From NCBI GenBank assembly GCA_963781585.1, contig CAWAGQ010000013.1:288001-352000 (forward strand): DNA of 64,000 nt, in the 5' to 3' direction. Below the pieces are notes generated by a model. That model saw nothing but the letters and a program-made list of their open reading frames with translations, was not told the origin of the DNA and did no database searches. Positions within the stretch are counted from its first letter, which is position 1. Each line of letters begins with the position of its first letter. Below, one piece after another: positions 43,319 through 52,402 of this stretch. The DNA comes from an uncultured Gemmatimonadaceae bacterium. Lineage in GTDB: Bacteria; Gemmatimonadota; Gemmatimonadetes; Gemmatimonadales; Gemmatimonadaceae. The position numbers and the translations under genes are program-made.

Positions 43319-44716
43319 ATGGGCAAGAGACTCCGCTGCATCGTCGCGCTGTCGGCCGGCATGTGCCTCGGCTGCCGGGGCGCGGCCCCGCCTGCGGCCA
43401 GCGTCGCCATTACGCACGTCACCGTGATCGACGCCAGCGGCGCTGCCCCATCCCCGGATGTGACCGTGCTGATCTCGGGCAATCGCATCCAGTCGATCGG
43501 ACACGAAGCGGCGCCTGCAGGCGCCACGGTGGTGGATGGGTCGGGCAAGTATCTGATCCCGGGCCTCTGGGACATGCACATGCACGTTTCACTGCTGCGC
43601 GGACCCGCGATTCTTCCCCTCTTCCTGGCCTGGGGCATTACCGGCGTGCGCGACATGGGCTCGCCGGATTCGATCTTCGTCTGGCGCGACGAGATTGCGG
43701 CCGGCAGACGCGTCGGACCCCGCATCGTGGCTGCCGGCCTGGCGTTCGTGAACCATGCGACCGGTGCGATCACGCCCAGCACCTGGGGTCAGGGGATTAC
43801 CGATGCGGCGGCCGCGCCGCAGGCTGTAGCGCGCGTTGCGGAACACGCCGACTACGTGAAGATCCAGGATTCGTTCATGCGCAGGGACGTGTGGCATGCG
43901 CTCGCCCGCGAGGCCAGGGCACGTCGCATGCCGATTGCCGGCCACGTGCCGTTCGGCCTCGATCTCGAGGAAGCGATCGACAGTGGCCTGACCAGCATCG
44001 AGCACTCGCTCGGCCTCGCGCCCGCCTTCACGAATCGCGAGAGGGATCTGCGCAATCGCGTGCTGGTACAGAAAGACGATGCCCAACGGTACAACGCGCT
44101 GTATGCCGCGGACGCGGAGGCCGTGGCGCACATCGACAGCACGCGCGTCCGCGCGCTGGCTGCGCTCATGGTGCAGCGGGGTGTGGCGCTGGATGCCACG
44201 CTCAAGGATCTGGAATCGGAAGCCTTCGCCGCGTCCGGCCGCTGGAACGACGATCCGCGTCTCGAGGACCTGGCGCCGGACCTCGTGAACGACTGGCGCA
44301 ATCAGGGCGCCCACGATTTCAATGCGACGAGCACCGCGGATCTGCGTGTGACGTTTGCGGCCATGCCGGCACTCGTTGCACGGCTGGAGCACCTCGGCGT
44401 CATGATTCTCGCCGGTACGGATGCGGGCGCGATGTTCGATTTCCCCGCGACCGATCTGCACCGCGAGCTGGAGCTCCTGGTCGAAGGCGGGCTCACGCCC
44501 GTGGAGGCGTTGCGATCGGCCACGCTCGATCCGGCCCGTTACCTGGGACTCGCGGACTCGCTCGGGGTCATCCGCGCCGGCTACGTGGCCGATCTCGTAC
44601 TCCTCGATGCCGATCCCCTGCAGGACATCCACAACACCCGGCGCATCGCTGCGGTCATCCGCAACGGCCACGTGCTGGACCGCGCCGCGTTGGCTGGCAT
44701 GCGCGAGCGCCGGTGA
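43319..44716 (+). CDS. Amidohydrolase family lipoprotein
   Basis: IPGLWDMHMH (HxH), SIEH, AGTD, GYVADLVLLDADPL; CLGC lipobox-like. Confidence 0.88.
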   Translation: MGKRLRCIVALSAGMCLGCRGAAPPAASVAITHVTVIDASGAAPSPDVTVLISGNRIQSIGHEAAPAGATVVDGSGKYLIPGLWDMHMHVSLLRGPAILPLFLAWGITGVRDMGSPDSIFVWRDEIAAGRRVGPRIVAAGLAFVNHATGAITPSTWGQGITDAAAAPQAVARVAEHADYVKIQDSFMRRDVWHALAREARARRMPIAGHVPFGLDLEEAIDSGLTSIEHSLGLAPAFTNRERDLRNRVLVQKDDAQRYNALYAADAEAVAHIDSTRVRALAALMVQRGVALDATLKDLESEAFAASGRWNDDPRLEDLAPDLVNDWRNQGAHDFNATSTADLRVTFAAMPALVARLEHLGVMILAGTDAGAMFDFPATDLHRELELLVEGGLTPVEALRSATLDPARYLGLADSLGVIRAGYVADLVLLDADPLQDIHNTRRIAAVIRNGHVLDRAALAGMRERR

Positions 44717-44757
44717 TGCCGTGACCGGCAGCCCGCGACGGGTCTAACCGTATACTA

Positions 44758-45459
44758 TCAACGCGCCAGCAGGCGGACGGACAATCCGCCGTTCGAGGTC
44801 GCGAACAGCTCGAGCAGTGCCGGGTCGGGAGGCAGTCGCTCGGGCTGGAGCAGTGCGAGCCGCCATTCGCGCAGGGGTCCGCGCTCCAGCGCGTTCAGCT
44901 CAGCGAGCACGGCGAGGGCCGTGTTGCGCTCGCCCGTGCGCACGCCGTAGGGCGGGTTGGTGACCAGCCAGCCGGGCTCTGCGGGCGCCACGACGGCGGA
45001 AAGCGGTCGCACCGCGAACTCGATGTCATCGAGCACACCGGCGCGCGCGGCATTCTCCTTCGCCGCCCGGATGGCCCCGCCGTTCCGATCGGAGGCGACG
45101 ATACGCGTTCCGCTCCGTTCCCGCACCTGCGCTCTCGCATCGTCCACCACCTGCCGCCAGAGCGCAAGATCGAAGCCCGGCCATTGCGTGAAGGCGAACG
45201 CGCGCGGCTGCCGCTCGGCGCCGGCGATGCCGGGCGCAATGTTGCGGGCCAGCAGCGCGGCCTCGATGGCGATCGTGCCGGAGCCGCAGAGCGGGTCGAG
45301 CAGCGGCGCGCGCGGATCCCACGCCGAGGCCAGCAGCATCGCAGCGGCCAGCGTCTCACGCAGTGGCGCTTTCGCGAGTGCCTGACGGTACCCGCGCCGG
45401 TGCAGCAGCGCGCCCGACGCATCCGCGCGCACGAGGCAGCGGTCGCGCAGGAAGCGGAC
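44758..45459 (-). pseudogene. 3' half of an RlmL/THUMP-type RNA methyltransferase, cut by the ISCR-like ori end
   Basis: DASG.LLHRRGYR...APLRETLAAAML, LDPLCGSGTIAIEAA, VTNPPYG; 5' part replaced by the element. Confidence 0.8.
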
Positions 45460-47128
45460 GGGGATAGGAAATTCAATCGCGCAGCGCCCGGAAGGTTGCG
45501 TCGGCAACTGCGGTGGGAGAGCCGCGGGTGGGGAACGCCGCGCGCGGAGGGCGCGCCGGACGCGTCCGCGGCGCGTCTGAGACGCGAGCGGGACGGGCGG
45601 TGGCGGCGACGCGCGTCGGGCGTGCCACGGTCGCGCAACCCACGCGTCCCCACGGCACTCAGCCTGAGTCATGGGGGAACGGGCAAACAGGGGTAACGCG
45701 TTAGGCGCTTTGACGCGCGGGGCGTGCCGACGCGCGGCGCGCTGTCGTGCGCGCCGTCGGCGGCGGCCCGCGGGCGGCCTCGCGGGTCCGGCGCATGTGG
45801 TCGAGGATCCGGTCGATCCCGGCGCGCTGCGTGATGAAGGCGACGATGCGCATCTCGGCGCCGCACTGGGGGCACCGGAGCGGATCGACCTCGAAGAGCT
45901 GCCGCAGTAACTCGGCCCAGCGCCGCCGCGCCTCGCGGAGCGGGAGCGGCACCGCCTCAGCGATCGTCGTCGGTGGCGCGTCCGCGGTCGCCGCGCGCCG
46001 GGCACCGCGCACGCGATTGGCGTAGTAGCCGTAGTAGCGCGTCATCACCTGGTGCTTGTTCGGCACGTGCGCCAGCACCCGCGCGAGAAACTCCAGCGGA
46101 TCCACCGTGTCGGTCCCCGCCGTCGGCCCGTCCGCCTTGTCGGAGCGGTAGCGCACCTGGCGCGCCGGCGCATCGTACTCGAGCCGGTCGAGCGCCACGG
46201 GATTGCGCGCGCAATACCGCGCCAAGCGCAGCGCGAAGGCCGTGTCGCCATCGGGGACCAGCACCGCATCGTGCACGTGAAAGCCCGAGTGCGGCCAGGC
46301 CAGCATCCCCTCGGCATCTTCGTGCTCGAACAGCCCGCGCCGCACGAACAGCCGGAGCACGGCGCGACGAAACGCTTCGGTGAGCTGGGCCGTGTCGTGC
46401 GCGGGCCATGGCACGAAGGCGCCATCAGAACGGAAGCCCCCGTCGGTCGCAATCATATGAATGTGCGGATGCCAGTTGGCGAGCGATCCGTGGGTCTGGA
46501 TGCAGCCCACGATGCCCACGGCGAGCGTCGGCTCTCGGGTCAGTGCGCGCACGGCGGCGGTCACCGTGCGCGCCGCGACGCGGGCGAGATCGCCCAGGAG
46601 CGAGCGGCGGTAGAGACACCACGCGCGGAGGCGCTTGGGGATCGTGAGCACCACCTGGCGGTGCGGCACGCCGGGCGCAAGGAGCGAGTCTTCGAGCCAC
46701 AACGTCCAGAGCGCCAAGCGCTTGGCGTGACAGCTCGGGCAGAAGTAGCGCGCCTTGCACGAGAAGGCGAGCAGGTACTCGTGCGCGCAGGCGTCGCAGC
46801 GCACGCGCGCGAATCCGTGCTCGAGCACGCCACACGCGAGGAACTTGTCGGCGACTTCGCGCACGACCGGGCGCCAGTCGCCATAGGTCGCGGCGAACCG
46901 CTCTTCGTACGCGGCGTGAAACGCGCGGAAGTGGTCGCTCACGAGGCGAAACAGCGGCGAGGCCTGCGGGCGGCGCGGCTTGTAAACGCCCGGCGCCACG
47001 CATGCGGGGACCGCGGACATCGCGCACGGCGCTCCGAAGCACGGGAGCGCCGAGCATACGCCCATCGCGGGCGGACGCCGTCACCAGAAGGTCGCGCGCA
47101 GTGCCGTTCCAGCGCATGTCGCGCCGCG
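45460..47128 (-). mobile_element. ISCR-like (IS91-related rolling-circle) element copy B
   Basis: Downstream end reads CGATTGAATTTCCTATCCCC on the minus strand, similar to ISCR oriIS (...TTGAACTTCCTATACCC); upstream end abuts an attC. Confidence 0.8.
45701..47020 (-). CDS. ISCR/IS91-family transposase
   Basis: CGVLEHGFARVRC, FSCKARYFCPSC, HRQVVLTIPKRLR, HPHIH (HUH), HSGFHV, LARYCAR, RYYGYYAN, RGPP. Confidence 0.92.
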   Translation of the reverse strand: MSAVPACVAPGVYKPRRPQASPLFRLVSDHFRAFHAAYEERFAATYGDWRPVVREVADKFLACGVLEHGFARVRCDACAHEYLLAFSCKARYFCPSCHAKRLALWTLWLEDSLLAPGVPHRQVVLTIPKRLRAWCLYRRSLLGDLARVAARTVTAAVRALTREPTLAVGIVGCIQTHGSLANWHPHIHMIATDGGFRSDGAFVPWPAHDTAQLTEAFRRAVLRLFVRRGLFEHEDAEGMLAWPHSGFHVHDAVLVPDGDTAFALRLARYCARNPVALDRLEYDAPARQVRYRSDKADGPTAGTDTVDPLEFLARVLAHVPNKHQVMTRYYGYYANRVRGARRAATADAPPTTIAEAVPLPLREARRRWAELLRQLFEVDPLRCPQCGAEMRIVAFITQRAGIDRILDHMRRTREAARGPPPTARTTARRASARPARQSA

Positions 47129-47219
47129 GCCTAACGGTGCTTGCTGCTGACGAGCGGCTTGCGGAGACTCGCTGCGCTCGCGATGATGTGACCGCTCGCA
47201 GCAGAAGCTGGCGTTAGGC
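47129..47219 (+). other. attC site
   Basis: R'' GCCTAAC, GCTTGCTGCTGACGAGCGG/CCGCTCGCAGCAGAAGC stem with extrahelical bases, R' GTTAGGC. Confidence 0.88.
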
Positions 47220-47332
47220 ACACGACTCATCGGCGCGGGTGCGATCCCGAAAGAGTTGACAGGGGAGGCGGCGGCATCGCCTTCCCAACTGTGCCGGACC
47301 GCTATATTACGGTAGTCTCACCGGAGCGCGTC

Positions 47333-47569
47333 ATGACTGCCCCCGCCCGCGTAATCCATAGCGATCCCCAGATCTTGGGCGGCACGCCTGTGTTTGTCGG
47401 TACTCGCGTGCCGGCTCAGTCCCTCTTTGACTACCTTGAGGGGGGCGAGACCCTGGACGAGTTTCTGCGCCAGTTTCCGTCGGTAACCCGGGAGCAGGCC
47501 GTGGCGGCCCTGGACCTGGCGCGTGACACCCTCCTCGCCGCCGTTCCGGCCGGTGCGCATACTCCTTGA
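47333..47569 (+). CDS. DUF433 antitoxin
   Basis: IHSDPQILGGTPVFVGTRVP...LEGGETLDEFLRQFPSVTREQ. Confidence 0.9.
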   Translation: MTAPARVIHSDPQILGGTPVFVGTRVPAQSLFDYLEGGETLDEFLRQFPSVTREQAVAALDLARDTLLAAVPAGAHTP

Positions 47570-47873
47570 TGAGAACCTGCCCGTCGATTTGGCGAAGGAG
47601 TTGCCTGGCCACACCGTAGATACCGTCCGGGCGTTGGACTGGAGCGGGGTGGCGAACGGCGAGTTACTCCGACGGACCGCGGAGAACCACGAGGTCTTCG
47701 TCACGATGGACCGAAATCTCGAGCACCAGCAGCGGATTCAGGCGTTTCCGTTTGGGATCGTGGTGATCCACGCCGCCTCGAACCAGCTCAAGCACCTCCG
47801 GCCCATGCTCCCAGAGCTGCTCGCGGTCTTCCAGACCGTGCGCCCGGGCGAGCTGGTGCGGGTCGGTGCCTAA
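47553..47873 (+). CDS. DUF5615 PIN-like toxin
   Basis: RILLDENLP, NGELL, FVTMDRNL..QQ; overlaps the antitoxin; stop codon inside attC R''. Confidence 0.88.
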   Translation: MRILLDENLPVDLAKELPGHTVDTVRALDWSGVANGELLRRTAENHEVFVTMDRNLEHQQRIQAFPFGIVVIHAASNQLKHLRPMLPELLAVFQTVRPGELVRVGA

Positions 47874-47962
47874 CAGACAAATGCAGACTGCCGGCGGTTG
47901 CTGCGTAGCGGCTTTGCCGCTCTGATGATAGAAACCGCCGCACTTGATTCGTAGCGTTAGAT
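47868..47962 (+). other. attC site
   Basis: GCCTAAC...GGCGGTT/AACCGCC and AGCGGC/GCCGCT stems...GTTAGAT; GTGCCTAAC complements the cassette start GTTAGGCAC (47213). Confidence 0.78.
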
Positions 47963-48055
47963 AGCCACACGGCTTCTACGTTATACGGCCAGTTAACTCA
48001 TTGCCTCTCCACTCTGCCTCTCTATAGTACTCGCATGATCTCACCAGGGGATCCA

Positions 48056-48466
48056 ATGAAGGCTCAACGGCTATTGGTATCGCTCACCATCGTCAATTTC
48101 GCGTTGCTGCTGGTCACACTCGCTCACGAGGTTCGTCCGGCGGCAGCGCAGCAGGCGGCGCCAATGCTTCGAGGCCGCGGGCTCGAGATCGTCGATGATC
48201 AGGGCCGCGTGCGGGCGAGCATCACCGTCATGCCGCCGACGAACACGACGGGCGCCGACCGCGGAGCCGAAACCGTGCTCTTGCGGCTGATCACCGAGCG
48301 CGGACGTCCGTCCGTCAAGATCGGCGCATCGGAGCAGGTCGCGGGATTGAGCTTTAACGGTCCCACCGGGACGACCGATACGTACGTCATCCTGCAGTCG
48401 AAGGGGCGCGAAAGCACGCTCACGCTGCGGAACGAGGACGGCAAGGAGCAGATCGTGAAGCCTTGA
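48056..48466 (+). CDS. Hypothetical membrane-anchored protein (cassette)
   Basis: N-terminal TM, LRGRGLEIVDDQGRVRASI motif. Confidence 0.7.
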   Translation: MKAQRLLVSLTIVNFALLLVTLAHEVRPAAAQQAAPMLRGRGLEIVDDQGRVRASITVMPPTNTTGADRGAETVLLRLITERGRPSVKIGASEQVAGLSFNGPTGTTDTYVILQSKGRESTLTLRNEDGKEQIVKP

Positions 48467-48803
48467 CCGTAGGCGATCCAAGGAATGCCCGGCGCTCGAT
48501 CCACGGCCAAAGCCGCATGGGAACGACGCGCGATTCTTGGGCTCGGCGCTGGCGTACTGAATGTCTTGGGGCAGCGCTTGTCACGAAAGCCGAGCGTACC
48601 CGTCCGCCGCGCGGGTTTGCCGCGCTCTCCCCTAGCCATCACCCTGCTCGGCTGGGCCTGGGCGCACCTCAGGACGCGACCGGCGCGGAACGCTGCGCCG
48701 TGAGCGTGGGACCCGTCGATCGAATGTTCGCGACTCCGCCCGATAGCCCCGGCCAGTGTGAGCCGGGACCATCGGACGACCGACCGCGAGATCCACGTTT
48801 CTG

Positions 48804-49322
48804 TTACTGTCCCGAGCTCTCACCCAGGGCGACGAGAAGCTCGTCCAGCTGATCGAACGTCTCGACCATTGCATCGGCTGCTCCGGTGCCGGCAGCGTCG
48901 AGCGCTTCCTTCGAAGGATAGCTCTCGCGCAGGACCACCAGCGTCTTGCCGCCCTTTTCCTCGAAGGTCACCGTGGTGACAGGCCCGCCCTCGCCACCTT
49001 CTTCATTGGTCCACGCGAGGCGCGAGTACGGCTTCACTTCGACATATGAGCCGAAAAACGCGGCAGGCTCGGGGCCACCGTGGTCGAATACCAATCGGTA
49101 CTTGCCTCCGACACGAGCATCCACCTCGCAGGACAGCAGGGTCATTCCCATCGACTTGGGCACCCACCAACGCTTGAGCAGCTCGGCCCTGGTAAATGCC
49201 TCGAACACGATTCGCGCCGGGCCGTTGATGGTCCGCGTGACAACCACCTCGCGGTCCGACTTCCGTTCCACCGTGGTGCGGTTCTTCACGGGGCCGGGCT
49301 CACTTTCGATTCTTGCGTTCAT
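48804..49322 (-). CDS. SRPBCC/AHSA1 family protein
   Basis: SDREVVVTRTINGPARIVFEAFT..LLKRWW..CEVDARVGGKYR. Confidence 0.88.
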   Translation of the reverse strand: MNARIESEPGPVKNRTTVERKSDREVVVTRTINGPARIVFEAFTRAELLKRWWVPKSMGMTLLSCEVDARVGGKYRLVFDHGGPEPAAFFGSYVEVKPYSRLAWTNEEGGEGGPVTTVTFEEKGGKTLVVLRESYPSKEALDAAGTGAADAMVETFDQLDELLVALGESSGQ

Positions 49323-49665
49323 CGCTCTTCTCCTTTCGTGTCAGTTCCTCGACAACCTTGTCCAACGCGTCGAAGCGTTCGTCCCAGCGCTGCCGGTACC
49401 TCTCGAGCCACAGCGTCTCTTCCTCCAATCGGCGCGGGCCCAGCTGGCACGTCCGCACGCGCCCGATCTTCTTCGTGGCGACCAGCCCCGCCTGCTCCAG
49501 AACGCCGACGTGCTTCTTCATGCCCGTGAGCGTCATGTGGAACGTCTCGGCAAGGTCCGTGATCGAAGCGTCGGCTCGTCCGAGCTGCTCCAGAACGCCA
49601 CGCCGCGTGGCGTCCGAGAGCGCGGCGAACGAAGTATCAAGTCGGGTCGTCACATACTGAACCAT
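49300..49665 (-). CDS. ArsR family transcriptional regulator
   Basis: FAALSDATRRGVLEQL..SITDLA..KHVGVLEQAGLV..K.GRVR.C. Confidence 0.88.
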   Translation of the reverse strand: MVQYVTTRLDTSFAALSDATRRGVLEQLGRADASITDLAETFHMTLTGMKKHVGVLEQAGLVATKKIGRVRTCQLGPRRLEEETLWLERYRQRWDERFDALDKVVEELTRKEKSDERKNRK

Positions 49666-49679
49666 ATGGTTCAGTATGT
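49652..49679. promoter_or_regulatory. Perfect 28-bp palindrome, probable ArsR auto-operator
   Basis: ACATACTGAACCAT|ATGGTTCAGTATGT overlapping the arsR start codon. Confidence 0.7.
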
Positions 49680-49820
49680 AACGCAGGCGTTGCGGCATGG
49701 CAAGGGGTGGCCGCGAAAAACGATGCGTCCTACGATCTCCGCAGAGCGCGCGCATCCGTGACCGGTCAGACCACCATCGCTGCCTCTACTGCGACGACGT
49801 CCCCGCCGAACGGCCGCATC

Positions 49821-50110
49821 GTGACGGCCCTCTTTGCCGGCGCCCCGTTTCTCGGTGCGTTCCTGTTTTCGTGCTCGAGCCGATGGTGGCCAAGAGCATC
49901 CTGCCCACGCTCGGCGGCACACCGATGGCGTGGAACACGCGCCTCCGTGGCACTGAGGTCGTGGACCTTGTTGAGGCCGAGGCGGCGCGGGATGACCGGT
50001 TCACGTGGGCGCTCGGCATTTGGATTGTTTCCGAAGGGTTTGCCGCCCGATGTCGTGGAGCGCATTGTCATCGCTGGTGGCAATGCCATTCGGCCAGCTT
50101 AGTCCACGTA
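49821..50110 (+). pseudogene. Chimeric fragments: N-terminus of a fused MFS/spermidine-synthase-like protein joined (~49940) to the C-terminus of a cassette gene
   Basis: FLGAFLF/LEPMVAKSILPTLGGTPMAWNT, then unrelated VVDLVEAEAARDDRFTWALG..., ending just before an attC. Confidence 0.5.
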
Positions 50111-50131
50111 AGTCTGAATCTCGTGCTCGCT

Positions 50132-50229
50132 ACCTAACGACGTTGCAGCTGACAAGCGATCTAGTGGTTGCGCGTGGTTTTGCCACGCGCTCTTATTGAC
50201 TCGCTTGCAGCTGAACTTTGGCGTTATGC
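50132..50229 (+). other. attC site
   Basis: R'' ACCTAAC, GTTGCAGCTGACAAGCGA/TCGCTTGCAGCTGAAC, inner GCGCGTGG/CCACGCGC, R' GTTATGC. Confidence 0.85.
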
Positions 50230-50301
50230 CGACTGTGTACTCTGCGGCAGTCCCCGACGACCTCCAATGTTTGGCGATGTCTCCGTCACCTCCAGTGTGA
50301 G

Positions 50302-51645
50302 ATGAGCCTCTTGATTGGCTTCGTTCTCTCTGCGGTTCTCCTTCTCACCGCCGCCTGCTCGCCCGGAGAGGCGCCCGCTCGGCGGACTGCGATCACCGCG
50401 GCCGCAACAGGTGCCTCTCCCGCCGGCACGGCCAGCCGGACACCGAACCACGTCGCCGTTTCCCTCGTTGAGCCATCGGCGTTTTCCGGGGCCAGCGCTC
50501 GCCGGTACGTCGATCAACTGGCAGGGAGCATCGGTGCGCGGCCCGCCGGGAGCGATCAGGAGCGGACCGCCGCCGCGTATCTGGCCGCGCAATTGACGAA
50601 CTGGGGGTACCACGTCGAGCAGCAGCCCTTCTCGTTCACGACTGTAGTAGACCACTCCGTGCTGCAGGTCCTTACCGGCGGTCCCAGGCAGGTCCCGGCA
50701 TCGCTGATCACCCGCTCCGCTCAAGGAATGGTTCGCGGTCCGCTGGTCGACGGCGGGTTGGGGAATACCCTGACGCTCGGCAGCGTTGGCGGACGCGTGG
50801 CACTCCTGGAGCGCGGCCAATTCACCATCGAGGAAAAAGTCAGCAGCGCGGCTCGCGCGGGTGCAATCGCGGTGCTGATCTTCAACAACAAGCCCGGCAG
50901 GTTCGGCGGGGCGGTGCCGAATCCGTCGACCATACCGGGGCTGACCATCTCACGTGAGGACGGGCTGCGGCTGCGTCAGGCCCTCAGCACTGGCGGCGTC
51001 CAGGTGGAGGTGCGGGCGAGCGCGGAGGTCATCACTCTCCAGAGTCAAAACGTCGTGGCGCAGGCCGGTCGAGAGTGCGCTGTGATCGTCGGCGGACACT
51101 ACGACACATTGGCCGGAGTCGCCGGTGCCAATGACAACGCCTCCGGGACCGGCGTAACGCTGGAAGCAGCGCGGGTCCTGGCTCCCCTGGCCGCCGCGGG
51201 GAAGCTCTGCTTCGTGGCGTTTGGGGCCGAGGAGACAGGCACAAACGGGAGCCAAGCGTTTGTGGCCAAGCTGGATGCCGGCCAGCGCTCGGCGATTCTG
51301 GGGATGATAAACCTCGACATGGTCGGCGTGGGCACGAGCTGGCTCGACGTGGTTGGCTTACGGACGAGCTGGAAAATCTTCGGCGATGCCGGTCTGGCGG
51401 GCATGGCGCGTGACGCCGCGAACCGGGCGAGCGTGCGGACGAGGCTCGACACCACACGGGGTGCAGGGGGAAGCGATCATCTGAGCTTCACCCGCGTGGG
51501 GATCCCTGCCGTGTTCATCCACCTTAACAACGACGCGATGTATCACACGCCACGGGACACGCGGGACCGCGTGGACCCAGCCAACCTGGAGTCGGCGGGA
51601 AGGATCGTCGTGATCCTGGCGCAGAACCTGATGAAGAAACGGTGA
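50302..51645 (+). CDS. M28 family aminopeptidase with PA domain, lipoprotein
   Basis: GHYDT, GANDNASG, GAEE, NLDM, SDH, YHT; LTAAC lipobox. Confidence 0.88.
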   Translation: MSLLIGFVLSAVLLLTAACSPGEAPARRTAITAAATGASPAGTASRTPNHVAVSLVEPSAFSGASARRYVDQLAGSIGARPAGSDQERTAAAYLAAQLTNWGYHVEQQPFSFTTVVDHSVLQVLTGGPRQVPASLITRSAQGMVRGPLVDGGLGNTLTLGSVGGRVALLERGQFTIEEKVSSAARAGAIAVLIFNNKPGRFGGAVPNPSTIPGLTISREDGLRLRQALSTGGVQVEVRASAEVITLQSQNVVAQAGRECAVIVGGHYDTLAGVAGANDNASGTGVTLEAARVLAPLAAAGKLCFVAFGAEETGTNGSQAFVAKLDAGQRSAILGMINLDMVGVGTSWLDVVGLRTSWKIFGDAGLAGMARDAANRASVRTRLDTTRGAGGSDHLSFTRVGIPAVFIHLNNDAMYHTPRDTRDRVDPANLESAGRIVVILAQNLMKKR

Positions 51646-51724
51646 CGAATCACTCGCCGCGAGGGCGCAAGGGGATGAGGCCAGTCTCTTGACGTCATCG
51701 AGGAGTTGTGCACTCCCGACCCGG

Positions 51725-51752
51725 CCACGCAGCAGAACCCTGATCGTTGGGC
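51725..51752 (+). other. Right half of an attC / start of the MazEF cassette
   Basis: CGCAGCAGAA...GTTGGGC; GTTGGGCTGCAC complements GTGCAGTCCAAC (52398-52409) with one mismatch. Confidence 0.6.
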
Positions 51753-51784
51753 TGCACTCGACGCACTGGTGGGCGGCCCGAGCG

Positions 51785-51803
51785 GTGATTACTTTGTAAT
51801 CAC
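51785..51803. promoter_or_regulatory. Probable antitoxin operator
   Basis: GTGATTAC-TTT-GTAATCAC directly before the RBS GGAGG. Confidence 0.65.
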
Positions 51804-51814
51804 GGAGGCTCGCT

Positions 51815-52066
51815 GTGAAGACCCGCATCGTCCGTATCGGTAACTCACAAGGCGTCCGGCTGCCGCGCCCGCTCCTCGAACAGGCCGGCCTCGGCGAGGA
51901 TGTCGTGCTGCGCGCGACGCCGGGGCGCATTGTCATTGAGGCCGCCCGCGAGCCCCGCGCGGGGTGGGATGACGCGGCACGGGCCATGCACGCTGCCGGC
52001 GAGGATGCCCTCCTTGATGCCGCGAACGCGACGCAGTTCGATCGAGACGAGTGGGAGTGGCGGTAA
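51815..52066 (+). CDS. AbrB/MazE family antitoxin
   Basis: MKTRIVRIGNSQGVRLP...PRAGW...FDRDEWEW. Confidence 0.9.
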   Translation: MKTRIVRIGNSQGVRLPRPLLEQAGLGEDVVLRATPGRIVIEAAREPRAGWDDAARAMHAAGEDALLDAANATQFDRDEWEWR

Positions 52067-52386
52067 GTCCGAAGCGGGGGGACGTCGTGTTGGTCCAACT
52101 CGATCCCACGCGGGGCAGGGAGATTCGCAAGACGCGACCATGTGTCGTGATCTCGCCCGACGAATTGAATCGGCATCTGCGCACGGTCATCGTCGCGCCC
52201 ATGACCACGGGCGGCCATACGTACCCGTGGCGCGTCGCCTGCCGGTTTCAGAAACGCGACGGCTTCATTGTCCTCGATCAAGTCCGGACCGTTGATCGCG
52301 AGCGCCTGGTGCGCAAGCTCGGGCGCCTCGCCCCACCGGCGGTCGCTGCAACCCTGGCCCTACTCCACGAATTGTTCACCCCCTAG
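52051..52386 (+). CDS. PemK/MazF family endoribonuclease toxin
   Basis: RGDVVLVQLDPTRGREIRKTRPCVVISPDELN..VIVAPMTT..LDQVRTVDRERL. Confidence 0.92.
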   Translation: MGVAVSPKRGDVVLVQLDPTRGREIRKTRPCVVISPDELNRHLRTVIVAPMTTGGHTYPWRVACRFQKRDGFIVLDQVRTVDRERLVRKLGRLAPPAVAATLALLHELFTP

Positions 52387-52402
52387 TCCGCGCACCCGTG
52401 CA

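Noticed and set aside
45700..47135. ISCR transposase gene as a neat cassette (GTTAGGC 45700 ... GCCTAAC 47129)
   Set aside because: Only the common 7-mer matches, no attC arm precedes 45700, and the element continues 240 bp to its ori end.
47256..47316. TTGACA...TATATT sigma70 promoter for the TA cassette
   Set aside because: Spacing of ~49 bp is far from 17 bp.
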